Assembly (NCBI RefSeq): GCF_009914755.1
Contig: NC_060933.1
Strand: one strand, 5' to 3'
Length of the DNA stretch: 64,000 nucleotides
DNA from: the human T2T-CHM13v2.0 reference genome, Homo sapiens
The notes below the pieces were generated by a model, which saw nothing but the letters and a program-made list of their open reading frames with translations, was not told the DNA's origin and ran no database searches. How positions within the stretch are numbered: the stretch's first letter is position 1; each line of letters starts with the position of its first letter. This document shows, piece by piece, positions 42,198 through 55,991 of this stretch. The position numbers were made by a program, and so were the translations under genes.

Positions 42198-45069
42198 TCT
42201 ACTTTCTACTTTTATGAGATCAACATTTTTAGCTTCCACATATGAATGAGAACATACAGTATTTATTTTCCTGTGCCTGGCTTATTTCACTTAATGTAAT
42301 GCCCTCCAGGCTCATTCATGCTGCTGCAAATGACAAATTTTTATTCTTTTTTTATAGCTGAGAAGTATTTCATTGTGCATATATATCATATTACCTTATC
42401 CATTCATCTGTTGATAGGCTTTTAGGTTGATTAAATATCTCAGAGACTGTGAATGGTGCTGCGATAAACAGGAGTGAACATATCTCTTTGACATATTGGT
42501 ACCATTCCTTTGGCTATATACCCACAAAGCAACAGCATTACTGGAAGATATGTTAATTCTATTTTTAGTTTTCTTGAGAAAGCTCCATGCTGTTTTTCAT
42601 AATGCCTGTACTCGTTTACATACCTACCAACAATTTATCAAAATTCCTTTTTCTCCATATCCTCACCAGCATTTATTATATTGTTCTTTTTGATAATAGC
42701 CATTCTAACTGGAGTAACATGATATCTCATTGTGGTTCTGATTTGCATTACCCTGAAGATTAGTGCTTTTGAGCATTTTCAAATATACTCGTTGGCCATT
42801 TGTATGTTGCCTTTTGTTGTCTCTAGTTTATTTGCTTGTTTTTTAAATTTGGATTATTTATTTTATTTTCGTTGTTGTTGAGTTGAGTTCCTTATATATT
42901 TTTATATCAATCCCTTGTCCAATGAATAGTTTAGAAATAATTTATCCTATTCTAAAGGATTTCTCCTTATTCCGTTGATTATTTGCTTTGTTGTACAGAG
43001 ACATTTTAGCTTAAAATTTCCCATTTATCTAATTTTGCTTATGTTGCCTGTGTTTTGAGGTCTTATTTGTAAAATCTTTGAAAAGGCCAGTGTCCAAAGT
43101 GTTTCCCCTGGGTTTTCTTTTATTAGTTTTATAGTTTTAGGTCTTACATTTACATCTTTACCAATTTTGAATTTATTTGTGTCTATGGTGAGAGATAGGA
43201 GCCTAATTCTTTTTCCATATATAGATATTCAGTTTTCCCAGTACCATTTATTGAAGGTACTATCCTTTCCTCAATGAATGTTATTGGTGACTTTGTAAAA
43301 AATCAATTGGCTGCCAACACATGGGCTTATTTATAGGTTTTCTACTCTTTTCCATTGGTTTATGTATTTGTTTTTATGTCAGTATCATACTGTTTTGTTT
43401 ACTGTAGCTTCATAGCATATTTTGATGTCTGGTAATGTGATGCCTTTAGCTTCATCCTTTTACACAAAATTTCCCTGGCTATTCAGGATCTTTTGTGGAT
43501 CAATACACATTTAGGAATTTTTTTGTCTTTTTGTGAGGAATGTCATTGATATTTTGACAGGAATTGCATTGAATCTGAAGATCACTGTAGGTAGTGTGGC
43601 TATTTAACAATATTAATTCTTCCAATTCATTATTGGATGTCTTTCCATTTTTTTGTCCTGTTTAATTTTTTTGTAAGTATTACATAGTTTCACTTGCAGC
43701 AGTGTTTTACCACCTTCATTAAATTTCTTGGATTTTGTGGGTAGCTATTTTAAATGGAATTACTTTTTATTTCTTCTTCAACTAGTTCATTGTTGGTATA
43801 TAAAAACACAATTTTTCTCTGCTGATTTTATATCCTGCAAATTTATGAGTTTGTTAGTTTTAAGAGTTTTTTTTGGGGAGTCTTTAGGTTTTTCTGTATA
43901 AAAGATATTACTGTTCGCAAACGGGCAATTTGACTTCCTTCTTGCCAGTCTGAATGTCCTTTCTTTTTTTCTCTTGCCTTATTGCTCTGTCTAGGGCTTC
44001 CAATGTTATTTTAAGTAAGAGTGTTGAGAATGAGCATCCTTTTCTTGTTTCAGCTCTAAGAGAAAAAATTGTCAGCTTTTCCACATTTGGAATGGTGTTA
44101 GCTATGGGTTTGTCATATATCATCTTTAATGTGATGAGATACTTTCCTTCTATACCTAACTTGTTGAGCATTTTTAGCATAAAGGGTTATTGTATTTTAT
44201 CAAGGGCTTTTTATATGTCTGTTGAGATGATCATCTGGTTCTTGTCCTTTATTCTGTTGGTATGATGTATTGTGTTTATTGATTTACATGTGTTGAGCCA
44301 TACTTGTATTCCTGGAATAAGTCCCACTTGGTTATGGTGTATAGTCTTGTTGGTGTACTGTTGGATTCTGTTTGCTAGTATTTTATTGATAATTTTTGTA
44401 TCTATGCTTATCAGCAAAGGTACTGCTCTGTACCTTTCTTTTTGTGTTGTATCTTTGTCTGCTTTTGGTATTAGGGTAAAGCTAATCTTGTAAAATGATA
44501 TTGAAATAATTTCTTCTTCGTATTTTGGAATAGCTTGAGAAGAATTGGTATTATTTCTTCTTTAAAAGCTTTGTGGAAATGAGCAGTGAAGCCATCTAGT
44601 CCTGGATTTTTCTCTGTTTGGAGACATTTTATTGACTCAATTTTATTACTTGTTATTGGTATGCTCCCGTTTTCTGTTTCTTCTTGGTTCAATATATGTA
44701 AGCTGTATGTTTCCAGGAATTTACCCATTTTCTCTTGTTTCCAATTTGTTGGTATATAGTTGTTCATAATAGTCCCTAATTATCCTTTATGTATGTAGTA
44801 TCTTTTGGAATATCTCCTTTTCTGCTTCTGAATTTATTTATATGAGTCTTTTCTCTTTTTTTCCTCTTAGTCTATCTGATGGTTTGTCAATTCTGTTTAT
44901 CTTTATAAAGAAAAACTCTTTCATTTTCCTTGATCTTTTTGATTTGTAGTCTTAATTATATTTCTGCTCTGATTTTTATTATTTATTCTACTATTTATAG
45001 GATTTTTGTCTTGCTTTTCTAGCTCCTTAAGGTGCATTGTTTAGTTGTTTATTTAAAACCTTTAAACTA

Positions 45070-45317
45070 TTTTTTAGAGACGGGGTTATACTCTAAATAC
45101 CAGGCTGGAGTACCATAACACAATCATGGTTCATTTCAGCTGTCGGGCTCAAGTGATTCTTGTGCTACATAGCAAGGACTACAGCTAGATTCCACCAAAA
45201 CTGGCTAATTTATTTTAATTTTTTAATTTTTCTTTTTTAGAGATGGAGTCTTGCTATGTTGCCCAGGTTTTTCCCAAACTCCTGGACTCAGGTGATACTC
45301 CTGCCTCAGCCTCCCAA
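45070..45317 (-). mobile_element. Degenerate AluJ
   Basis: GAGATGGAGTCTTGCTATGTTGCCCAGG and GGGCTCAAGTGAT (J-type), highly diverged. Confidence 0.8.
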
Positions 45318-46428
45318 TAACTTTTTGTGAGGTAGGCATTTATTGCTATATAGTTTTCTCTTAATACTACTTTTGCTGTATTACATAGGTTTTGGAATGC
45401 TGGGTTTCTATTTTAATTTGTTTTAAGAAAATTTTAATTTTTTTCATTAATTTCCTTATTGACTCATTGGTCATTTAGGAACATGTTGTTTGATTTCCAT
45501 GTATTTGTGCAGTTTCAAAAATTCCTTTGGTGGTTGATTTTTAGTTTTACTTCATTGAAGTTAGGAAAGATACTTGATATGATTTCAGTTTTTTGTACAT
45601 TTTGTTGAGAATTTTTTGTGGCCTAACATAGAGTAAATTCTGAATGATGTCCATGCACTGATGAAAAGAATGAGTATTCTGCAGGTGTAAATATCTGTTA
45701 AGTCAATTTGGTCTATAGTGTAGTTTAAATTGGATGTTTCTTTGTTGATTTTCTGGCAAGATGATCTGTCTAACACTAAAAGTTGGGGGTTGAATTTCCT
45801 AATTATTATTGTATTGGAATCTATCTCTCTCTTTAGTTCTATTAATATTTGGCTTGTAAATCTGAGTGTTCCAGTTAAGTACTATAGTTCTGTACCATGA
45901 AAAGCTTTTGGTTCACATGTTGCATGACAACTATAGTATATATGTTATATTAAGTAGCTAACAACACCATACAAATACATACACAGCTGTGTTCTTCAAG
46001 GCATATCTGTAATGCTAGGATGTTAGGTTCCAGTTGCTAGATGAGCCCAGAGGCAGCCCTCACCTATTATATCTATTCAACCTTTAAAAACAAAGTCGTT
46101 CATCTATCAGTACCAATAAAAATAACAAGATATTGGTTTTCCTTTACAGGATATATCTGTACCTTTGCTACACATACTTTCTTATTCATGGTTAATTTTA
46201 ATATCTTAGAGATGTTAAGTGTTTTCCAGGAAAGAAAAAAATATTGGTTAAACGATAATCCTTCTGTTGAGAAACTACAATTCACCAATATTCTAAAAGC
46301 ACTTAAAATATTTCTTCTTATTTACAATTGTAGACAGCATGAGCTCAATAATAATAAGAATAAAAGGAAAACAAAACAAAAAAAAACCCAGATTCCAATA
46401 TTCCTATAGGATTAGAAGATAATTTTAT

Positions 46429-46638
46429 CCTTCGGCCAATATGGCGAAACCATATTTGTAAAAATGCAAAATACAAAAATTAGCTCGGTGTGTTGGCAGG
46501 CGCCTGTAATCCCAGCTACTCAGGAGGCTGAGGTAGAAGAATCGCTTGAGTCTGGGAGGTGGAGGTTGCAGTGAGCCAAGATCACGCCACTGCACTCCAG
46601 CCTGGGAAACAGAGCGAGACTCCATCTCAAAAAAAAAA
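46429..46638 (+). mobile_element. 5'-truncated AluS
   Basis: Begins in the middle of the left arm; TSD GAAGATAATTTTATCC / GAAGGTAATTTTATTC. Confidence 0.92.
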
Positions 46639-48109
46639 GGAAGGTAATTTTATTCTGGTGTCTTAAATCCTTTTCTACTCCAGTGGCAACCTGATTGTAG
46701 TGCCTTCTCCATTCCTGGAGCTTTTCCAAAAGCAGATCGAGACATCCCTAAGCAAATTCTCGTCTGCACGAAGGCTATTATTTCTGCTACTACTTGTCAT
46801 GAATCATGTTTGTTGTGCTTTGATCTGGATTCCTATTTGATGTTGGCTATAAGAAGGCTGAAGTACCATCTCTAAGTTTATCAAGACCTAGGTCATAGTT
46901 TCTATTATCTCTCAGAAGCCGATATGAAACTTGTAAAAGGTGGCTTCTTGGAATTATCATGCCGTATTTAGAGGCATTAATGATTCAGTGCCAAAGCATA
47001 GCTGTTTCTGCTTGATTTTTTAAAGTCTCATAGGTTTTTCTTCAGAACAGAGGACTTCATTCACTTACTATACTTCTGGTATTGCACTCTGCTATCTCAC
47101 ATATAATTTAATTTATAAAGTGGCTTTTACTCACATATCAATGCCATCTTCTCTCCCTATATCTCAAGTGTATGTCTACATGTCATAGGACAATCTAAAA
47201 TTGGTTGTGTACTATAGTCAGAAGAATCTTTCTTTTCCTACACTGAAGCATTGTCTTAAGCCAGTGTTCACATATGTTAAAACTTACTTTGATATAAGTC
47301 TTTTCCACATGTTTCCACAGTCCTAATGAGAAGTGGTAGCTGTGTCCTCAACACAAGCCCAAGTATGTTTATTCCTGGGGAAAATATACCTCAGATTTCC
47401 AAACCAAGATCTGTGCTCACTTGTGGTTATTATATGAAATTGTATTTGTAATATACAGAGTTGGGAGATGGATGATAGAAATGTTCCTGATCCTATCATC
47501 CATCTTATCATCTCCAATAGAACATGTCCAAATCCATGTCAAAGTCTTATGACTGAAAAATGCCTTTTAATTCCTGGAAAGCAGACATACACATAATTTC
47601 ATGTCTTAATCCACTTTCTACTTCCTTATAAATTACTTCTAATTGTAACTCATTTCTCAAATAAGGAACTCAGATTTTTATTATTTCTTGTAAGTTAGCA
47701 ACTCCTAATATAAGACAAAACAGTCTTATGAATGTGTAATTAACATAGGTATTTTTACTCAAGAGATAGTGATGGGAGCTATGATTTAATCCATTAAATA
47801 ATATTGTAAAAATGGTTTTACAAGAGGCTTTTAGAACTTCTTGCATCTTAAAAATTCTCTCAATATACCTCACTGAAGTGATATCATCTTCCAGCCATGA
47901 TTTATGCACACACTCTCTTTTTCACTAATATTAAATATTTTGTCTGTATTCCTTAAACTTCATTTTCTTTCACCTGGATTGCCTAGGGAAATCCAATTTG
48001 TCTACAATACTATGAAGGCAAATTGATTTACTCTACTTCATGAATTGGCATCAGCCATCATCCAGTTTCTTAGTACCTTCCATTTATCTTGATTACTCTC
48101 AAGTTACTT

Positions 48110-48304
48110 ATATAAACAAAAATTGTTTCATTTTTTATTTCACTTCCAGTAGTAACTCTTTTGGACATACTTAGCCTAATTTTGTTTAATATACTCTAAC
48201 ATTGTGTATTGTAGCTATATAAAAAGAGAACCGTAGATATTAAAGAGATCATTGGTGCCCAGAAATGTTAGGAAATTACACACACACACACACACGCACA
48301 CACA

Positions 48305-48337
<33 letters not shown>

Positions 48338-48467
48338 CTTTTTCTCACAGAGATTTTATTTATTTTGAGACGGAGTCTCACTCTGTCACCCAGGCTAGAG
48401 TGCAACGGCACTAACTGGGCTCACTGCAACCTCCGCTTCCTGAGTTCAAGCGATTCTCCTACTTCCA
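48110..48467 (+). repeat. Left arm of near-perfect inverted duplication
   Basis: Reverse complement of 49338-49686; includes unique DNA, a (CA)n tract and the 3' part of an Alu. Confidence 0.96.
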
Positions 48468-48646
48468 CCTCCTGAGTAGCTGGGATTACAGGCACTTGCC
48501 ACCACTCCCAGCTAATTTTTGTATTTTTAGTAGAGACGGGGTTTCACCATGTTGGTCAGGCTGGTCTCGAACTCCTGACCTCGTGATCTGCCCACCTCAG
48601 CCTCCCAAAGTGCTGATATTACAGGTGTAACCCACCATGCCCAGCC
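48354..48646 (-). mobile_element. AluS (Sg-like)
   Basis: Full antisense Alu with CTCGAACTCCTGACCTCGTGATC. Confidence 0.95.
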
Positions 48647-49337
48647 TATTTTTGTAAATGTTTAAGCTTTAGAAAGACATATTATATATTATCTTTTTCC
48701 TCTGACCATGCAAACACTCTAGATGGTTGGTTACAGAATATCAGAAGATATTGAAAAGTGAGGTTAAGAGAAAATTGTGAATCTTATAGCAAAATGATAA
48801 GAAACCAGTTGACTTATCCTTTTATAACCAGTCAAAACTGGTTGCCATGGTGTTCTTTTCTTCTTAAAAAAAAAAGACTGTAAAATAATAAAAGATACTA
48901 GGATATTTGGAAATAAGTCACCAACTTTTTAATTATGCACGAGCACTATTTTTTCTTCCTCTTAAGAACATTTGTAAGTGACTTTTAGCACTTGCATTTT
49001 TTTCTCCTGTAAAGTTTCTAATTCCTAATAACAAATAATAACTGCACTTTTCTTTGTAAGAAGATAGGCCCAACTTTATTGACACAAGATGCTTTCAGAG
49101 ATATGTTGGCTTTGCCTAACTGAAGTAGTTAGTAATATGATTTCACATGCATTTTTCTAAAGAAGTTTTTTTAAATTTCAAATAATCTATAATAGGTAGA
49201 ATATGAATCTTTTTTGGACTAAGCTGTGTAGATAGTTGGGAAGAAAAACCTGGTTATACGGCTGAGAATGAGAGGGAATTCAAGTAATAGGCACATGGTT
49301 TCATAAGGTTAGATAAATCTGAAAAGCCAGATCCATA

Positions 49338-49487
49338 TGGAAGTAGGAGAATCGCTTGAACTCGGGAAGCGGAGGTTGCAGTGAGCCCAGTTAGTGCCGT
49401 TGCACTCTAGCCTGGGTGACAGAGTGAGACTCCGTCTCAAAATAAATAAAATCTCTGTGAGAAAATGTGTGTGTGTGTGTGTGTCTG

Positions 49488-49518
<31 letters not shown>

Positions 49519-49686
49519 AATTTCCTAACATTTCTGGGCACCAATGATCTCTTTAATATCTACGGTTCTCTTTTTATATAGCTACAATACACAATGTTAG
49601 AGTATATTAAACAAAATTAGGCTAAGTATCTCCAAAAGAGTTACTACTGGAAGTGAAATAAAAAATGAAACAATTTTTGTTTATAT
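49338..49686 (-). repeat. Right arm of inverted duplication (partial Alu copy plus (TG)n)
   Basis: Carries the same private Alu variants as the 48354 Alu (GAGCCCAGTTAGTGCCGTTGCACTCTAGCC) and the same unique flank. Confidence 0.96.
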
Positions 49687-52514
49687 TAGGTTTTTTATAT
49701 AAAAATCCCAGTTGACATTGAATCCTGTATACCAAGATTCATAGAAATTTTAAAAATCAGTAATGATGAAAAGATATTATTTGGATTCAAATGCATTCTT
49801 AAAAGATACATCTTTCCAAAAAATGATGAAGCATGAATGAAATCGAGTTCACATATAAAAGGTGAAGATGAAGCAAAGTTTCGAAGCAATCTCTTTCCAT
49901 GAGATTACAATTCCTAAGGAGATACTAGGAGCACCATGCATATCTGTCTTCACATTTTCAGTACCATAAAACTGCTATGAAAGAATGAACAGCAGAGTCT
50001 ATGTGATAGGAGAAAGCCTGTTTCCACTGGCCATTCTGAATATGGGGATTCCAAAAGTTCACCTTAGCTAAATAAACAATTCTCTCCCCAGTTGTTCCTC
50101 AGCAAGTATTTAGTTATAAGGAACAGAATCCACCCAAGCTGAGGTAAGTATAATAAGAGAATGTGTTTGAAAACTACAAGAGGATTGTCATACAGAAGCA
50201 AAGTAAGTACAAGTTCTTAAGAAGAACTGGAGCCAACTCCAGCCCATTCTTTGCTGAACTTGAATAAAGGAGAAATACAGCCATTTCAGCCTAGTATTTA
50301 AATTAATTCCTAGGTTTTAATAGTTAGAAACAAACTGAATTTTATAGGTTGAAAATCTAAATTTCTGAGGAGGCAATCTTATTTGATCCGATTGAACCAG
50401 AGGTCTATCCCTAGTCCAGTCATTTGTGTACTAAGGGTTCAGAAAGGTGAACATTTCTGAAAGGCAGGCAGACAGCAAAGCTGGGTGTGGTAAGAATTTT
50501 TCAGAGAAGTTAGTAAAAGAATCTCGGGCATTACCAATCAGAGTGTAGAAGAAAATCTGTTTTCTTTATAATAAGCGTTTATAAGGTAGGGGATACTGAT
50601 GGGACCTGAGATGATTTGATAAAAATCCCAACACAGAGAAACTCTGTATCTGTTCGGCAATGAACACAGAGGTCTCTTTAAGAACAAAGGCACACAGAGT
50701 GTGTTGGTGCCTGTTTGTGAGGGGAAGACAGGCACCTTGTTCTGTCCTAGTGGTCTGGTTCTCAGAACTTAGCATCTTCCACATATTTTTGTTTAACAGA
50801 ACCATAAGTCTATGCTAGCACACAAAAATGCAAAACAACGACCTGCCGCCCTTAACATCTTTCAAATTACTGCTGGCTTCCCGGCAGCACTGACAGCTCT
50901 GGCTGCCTCAGAGAACGTAGTTAGGGACTCAAACCTTGAGAACTACAGCACATTGCGGTGACATTTGACCTTGTTCCCATCACTTGGAGATTGCTAAAAG
51001 GAATTCCCCAACCATTTGTCCTACATGCTGAATAGTGTTGTTAGAATGGTATTCATGGACTTTGGAGAGGATAACTAAATGTAGGTTCCATATGCCAAAT
51101 ATAGCCTGGCACCAGCTGGTTATAAATCTGTTCTCATCTCTCTGAGTAAGTTCTTTTTAAAATTCATGACTTAAAATAATCCCTTTTATAGTGTGCATGT
51201 GTGTGGATTCATTTACATTTTCACTAAAAATCTCAGTATTTATTTCCCTAATATAAACTATATTATTTAAAAAATAAAAAGTAGCATAAAATATATATAC
51301 TGCAGAGGGTATTTCTGATATTCAGTCCTGAGCTGTCATTGTATTGCTTAAACTCAGACCCAATTCCAGGAGAGACTGGGCAGGTGGTATGCAAAATAAA
51401 AAGGGTCATGCTTTTCCCAGAAATTTTTCTTTTCTGAGTCCAAGATAACTGGTCTAAGCTTATTTGAGCAATCTTCTTTTAGTTGAGTTTTCTCCTAGGA
51501 AATTTATTGGGTTATAGATAAAATATGAAGGAAGCATCATGTTAAAAGAAAATCTGTTAAATATTGATACATAAACAATGCTGCTTTGAAAACTACCCAA
51601 AAGAATGTAACCCACAAGGGAGGATACAATCTTTTGTTTCTCACTTCAGAACACGGGGAGTCTATATTCCTTTTTTCCAGAAAAAAATGACCACAGACCA
51701 TCAGTGATGGTACAGGCCCTGAGGATGAAGAGGTGCCCAGTCCCATTAGCAACAATGCCTGTTGTGGCAGCACATTTATTAGTAGGAAAAAGGGGCTCAA
51801 AAGAAAGAACAGAGATTCAAGAATTTAATATCACACAGCTAATAGAGAGCAAAGTTAAGCTTCGAAACATATTCTGTTGACTCCATAAGCCATCCCAACA
51901 TTAACAAAACTTGACAAGTCTTCACAAAATTTCTGAAAAAAGTAGGAAGAACATTAATTTTGTCACAGGAGATTAGTTTTAGCTCTAATGTTTCCTTTTG
52001 GGTAACCTCAGGCAAGTTTCTAAGCCATGTATTGGTTTTATTGTTTTCTAGTTCATTTCCCAATAGCTATGAAAATAATGTAAGACTAACACAGTTCATC
52101 CATGTTAAATACTACAAATATATTAAGTTGTGAACCTAAGTAGTACTGGTTAAAATAATAAGCTAAACAAGAAATGCCAAAATAGGAAGAAAATGGGGAC
52201 AGAGATGGTAAATGCTATCTCCTCGTTTGGGGACTTTATGTTAGCCATGAATTTGCCTTCTCACTCTGTTATTTTTGATGCTGAGGACATTTGACTCATT
52301 ATGGACAAGTCTGAGGCTACATGTGATGCTGTGTTTCTGTGGCATAGTCATTAAAACATTTCTGACCAAAAGAAAAAATAATGATTTTTTAATGAGTCTT
52401 CAGAAAGAAGTAAAGGCATGTTTATTTTTTTCAGAATACATTTAATAGCAGTGTATAATAAGCACCAAGGATTTAAATTTGGGCTTATGCTTACAAGGAG
52501 CAAGAACTCGTAAC

Positions 52515-52715
52515 AGTTAAAGGCACAGGATTTGGAATAAGCAGACACAGTTCAAACCCTAGCTATGCCACTCAATGACAACCTGACTTTCATTAAATTA
52601 ATAGGCATTTTTTCACGGATGAATTGGAGATAATAACTCTTGTAACAATTAAATTAGCTAGAATATATAAATCAGTTATCACAGTGCTTAATTACTGTGT
52701 AGCAAAGATTCAGTA
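52515..52715 (+). mobile_element. MIR
   Basis: GTTAAAGGCACAGGATTTGGA…GTTCAAACCCTAGCTATGCCACT…CACAGTGCTT. Confidence 0.7.
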
Positions 52716-53124
52716 AGTGACTTTACCATTCCTGTTTTTATTTTAAATTTCCATATAATTGGAATAATATTTAAGTGATAATATTTAGAACCAATACATT
52801 TAAATAACAGTATTTAAAACAAAAATAAAAGCCTTGGTGACTGAGAAAAATAAACATCTGCTAGGCTTTATTTTTTTTTTTTTTTTAAGTCATTTAAAAA
52901 CTCAAGGCCTAACTCTAAAAAAGAGAGTAAACACATCTTCACAGAGCTTAAATTAGTAACAGTATTCTCTATGAAGTTTTATTTCTCTTTTGTAATAAAT
53001 TTTATAATAAATTTTAATATTCAGTGTAGAACCAAATGCTATTGGAAAATGCTTACAGAATCTTCCAATGTAGTAATTAAACAAGGCCAGTTGATAGAGT
53101 GACTATTACCCTTAATCCCTGGTT

Positions 53125-53638
53125 GTATACTTACAGAATTAATTTGCTGAGAAAAGTGGCTTAAAAGCACAACTCTAGTTTTCTTAAAGCAACAAACATT
53201 TTCATTTCTTAAAATCCTGTGACTTAAATAAGCAATTCTCTTTCCTAAATTTTGTGTGGTTGGGTGATTCAGGATAGCCTCACTCACCTATCTAGCTGCA
53301 GACAGCCTGCTTGGTCTAGTGGGATTCAGAAGGGAGGGCTCGCATCTGCTCCATGTTATCTCTTTAGATCCAAAAGACTATACTAGTATTTTCTATACAC
53401 AATGTCAAGATTTGAAATAGCAGAGAGAATGTAAGTGCGAATGCACAAGCACTTTTTACGTCTATAATTACATCACAATTACTAATGTCCCATTGAATAA
53501 AGTAAGCCAACTGGTAAAGCCTAGATTCAACTAGCAGAGAATTTGACTTTACTTCTTGTTGAAAGGAATAGCAAAGAGATATTAGAGAATTGTAATGACT
53601 GTGTGAAAGAGTGTGTGGCCATTTTTGTGCTCTAACAT
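53125..53638 (-). mobile_element. MLT1G/H-like MaLR LTR
   Basis: TTAAAGCAACAAACATTT…GATAGCCTCACTCAC…CTAATGTCCCATTG…AAGCCTAGATTCAA…GGCCATTTTTG. Confidence 0.65.
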
Positions 53639-53724
53639 GCTGACTATTTGAGATTGCTCAAGTTATTTACTTAAATTATGCTGCATAAATGATCAATTAT
53701 GAGGTTTTGATTTAAGGGCAAATA

Positions 53725-55135
53725 CAGGCTTATATTGAAGAAAATATGTCAGCTAGACTTTCATAGCTACAGAGAAGGCGATATCTGGCTTCAAAACTTC
53801 AAAGGGAAGGCCGAGTCTTTAATTAGGAGCTAATGCAGCTGGTGCCTTTAAGTTGAAGCCAATGCTTATTTACCATTCTGAAAATTCTAGGGCCCTTAAG
53901 AATTATGCTAAGTCTACTCTGCCTTTTCTCTATAAATGGAACAACAAAGCCTGGATGACAATATATCTGTTTATATCATGGTTTACTGAGTATTTTAAAC
54001 CCACTGTTGAGAACTACTATTTAGAAAAAGCTTTTCCTTTCAACGTATTACTGCTCATTGACAATGCAATGGCTCACCCAGTAGATCTGATAGAAATGTG
54101 TAAGGAGATTAATTTCATTTTCATGCCTGCTAACACAACATTCATTCTGCAGTTCATGGATCAAGGAGTGATTTTGACCCTTAAGTCTTATTCTTTAAGT
54201 AATGCATTGTGTAATGTGTTCCCTGCCATATATATTGATTCCTCCAATAGAACTGGGAAAAGTAAATTGAAAACCTTCTGGAAAGAAGTTTCTAGACGCC
54301 ATTGAGATCATTAGTGATTTATTGCAAGTGGTAAAAATATGAACGTTAACAGAAATTTAGAAAAAGTTGATTCCAGCCTTCATGGATGACTTTGAGGGAT
54401 TCAAGATTTCAGTGGAGTAAGTTACTGAGATGTGACAGCAATATCAACAGAACTATAATTAAAATTGAAGCCTGAAGATGTGACTGAGTATGGCAATCTC
54501 ATGATAAAACTTGAACTAATGAAGAGATACTTCTTATGAATGAGCAAAGGAAATGATTTCTTGAGATGAAATCTACTTCTGGTGAAAATGCTATGAACAT
54601 TGTTGAAATGACAACAAAAGATTTATAATACTATGTATACTTAGTTGATAAAGCAGTGGTAGGATTTGAGAGGATTGACTAATTTTGAAATTTTATAGTG
54701 GGCAAAATGGTATCAATCAGTGTTGCATGCTACAACAAAAGCTTTTGTGAAAGGATGAGACAATCATTGTGGCAGACTTCGTTTTTACCCTATTTTAAGA
54801 AATTGCCACAGCCACTCCAACCTTCAGCAGTCACCACCCTCATTGGCCAGTAGCCGTCAACATTAAGTCAAGAGCCTCCACCAGCAGACAAATTGCAACT
54901 TGCTTAAGGCTCAGATGATTTTTAACATTTTCTAGCAGTGAAGTATTTTTATATTAAAGTATGTACATTGTTTTCTTAGACATATTGCTACTGTGCACTT
55001 AATAGACTTCAGTATAGTATAAACATGACTTTTATACACACTTGGAAACAAAAAAATTGTACAATTTGCTTTATGGTGATATTTACTTCATTATGGTGTT
55101 TGAAACTGAACCTGCAATATCCCCAGGTATGCCTG
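53725..55135 (+). mobile_element. Tigger1 DNA transposon, 3' ~1.4 kb
   Basis: GCTAATGCAGCTGG…AAGTTGAAGCCAATGC; right terminal inverted repeat (TIR) CCTGCAATATCCCCAGGTATGCCTG. Confidence 0.93.
53853..54305 (+). pseudogene. Tigger1 (pogo-like) DDE transposase fragment, 150 aa
   Basis: [16 protein letters not shown] and PANTT…LQFMDQGVI motifs typical of pogo/CENP-B-family DDE domains. Confidence 0.85.
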
Positions 55136-55991
55136 TTATTAGAATCTAGGAACAGAGAACAATGAAGTGTATACTAATTGATAAAATTTATTATTATAAA
55201 GTACTAAGTTATTAAAATTTGTATTTTCTCAATCATTTGGCCTTCATTATTTTACCTTACATATTACTAAACCCCTCATATGCTTATTTCTTTCTTAGCA
55301 TACTTCTCATAGAAAACATGCTTTTGAATAGATAACTCCGAGTATATCTAGAGTATTATGATAAATGTCACACTTGTGCTTTAGAAATTAATTATGCACT
55401 AAGCCTTTATTTCAGATGACCTCTGTGGAACGTTTGCTTGGTACTGCAAATTAAAGGAAATAAAAGACTCCTAGACTTGAGGAGCTTATAGTCATGGTAA
55501 ATTCGGATATGAAAACAGGTAGTTGTAGTAAACTCTGACACATTTATCCATCTCAATGGAAAGATTGATTGACCAATAGAAAATTAATTCAGGTTTATAG
55601 AATTATTGGATGCAGTACGGATGGAGAAGGGTTATTCCTTTTAGAGAAACTGAGTAAACCGTTGCCTCATCACTTTGTCACATCATGACTTTTGTGAGAG
55701 CAGCATGGTTAGGTACATCTGATAGAACATCTGGAGGGATGCCAGCTAAGTTCTTGAGATAGTCATTTTCAAGGTATTAACTTCAACAAAGAGGAACTTC
55801 GCTTCCAACAGCAATGATTCTTGCACCTCTGGGAAATAATAAAATAATATTATTACAAATGAAAATTGTGAAGGTAAATATTGACCTCGAATGAAGTGGC
55901 ACTAATAAAATTCAAGAAAAAATGCGTAGAAGAACACATTACCAAACCTGAAAACACAAGGCAACAACAATAACAACAAATAATATAATTC

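Noticed and set aside
45070-48646. Oppositely oriented Alus 1-2 kb apart as dsRNA partners
   Set aside because: Common in primate DNA, and these copies are diverged or truncated; far weaker than the 48110-49686 inverted duplication.
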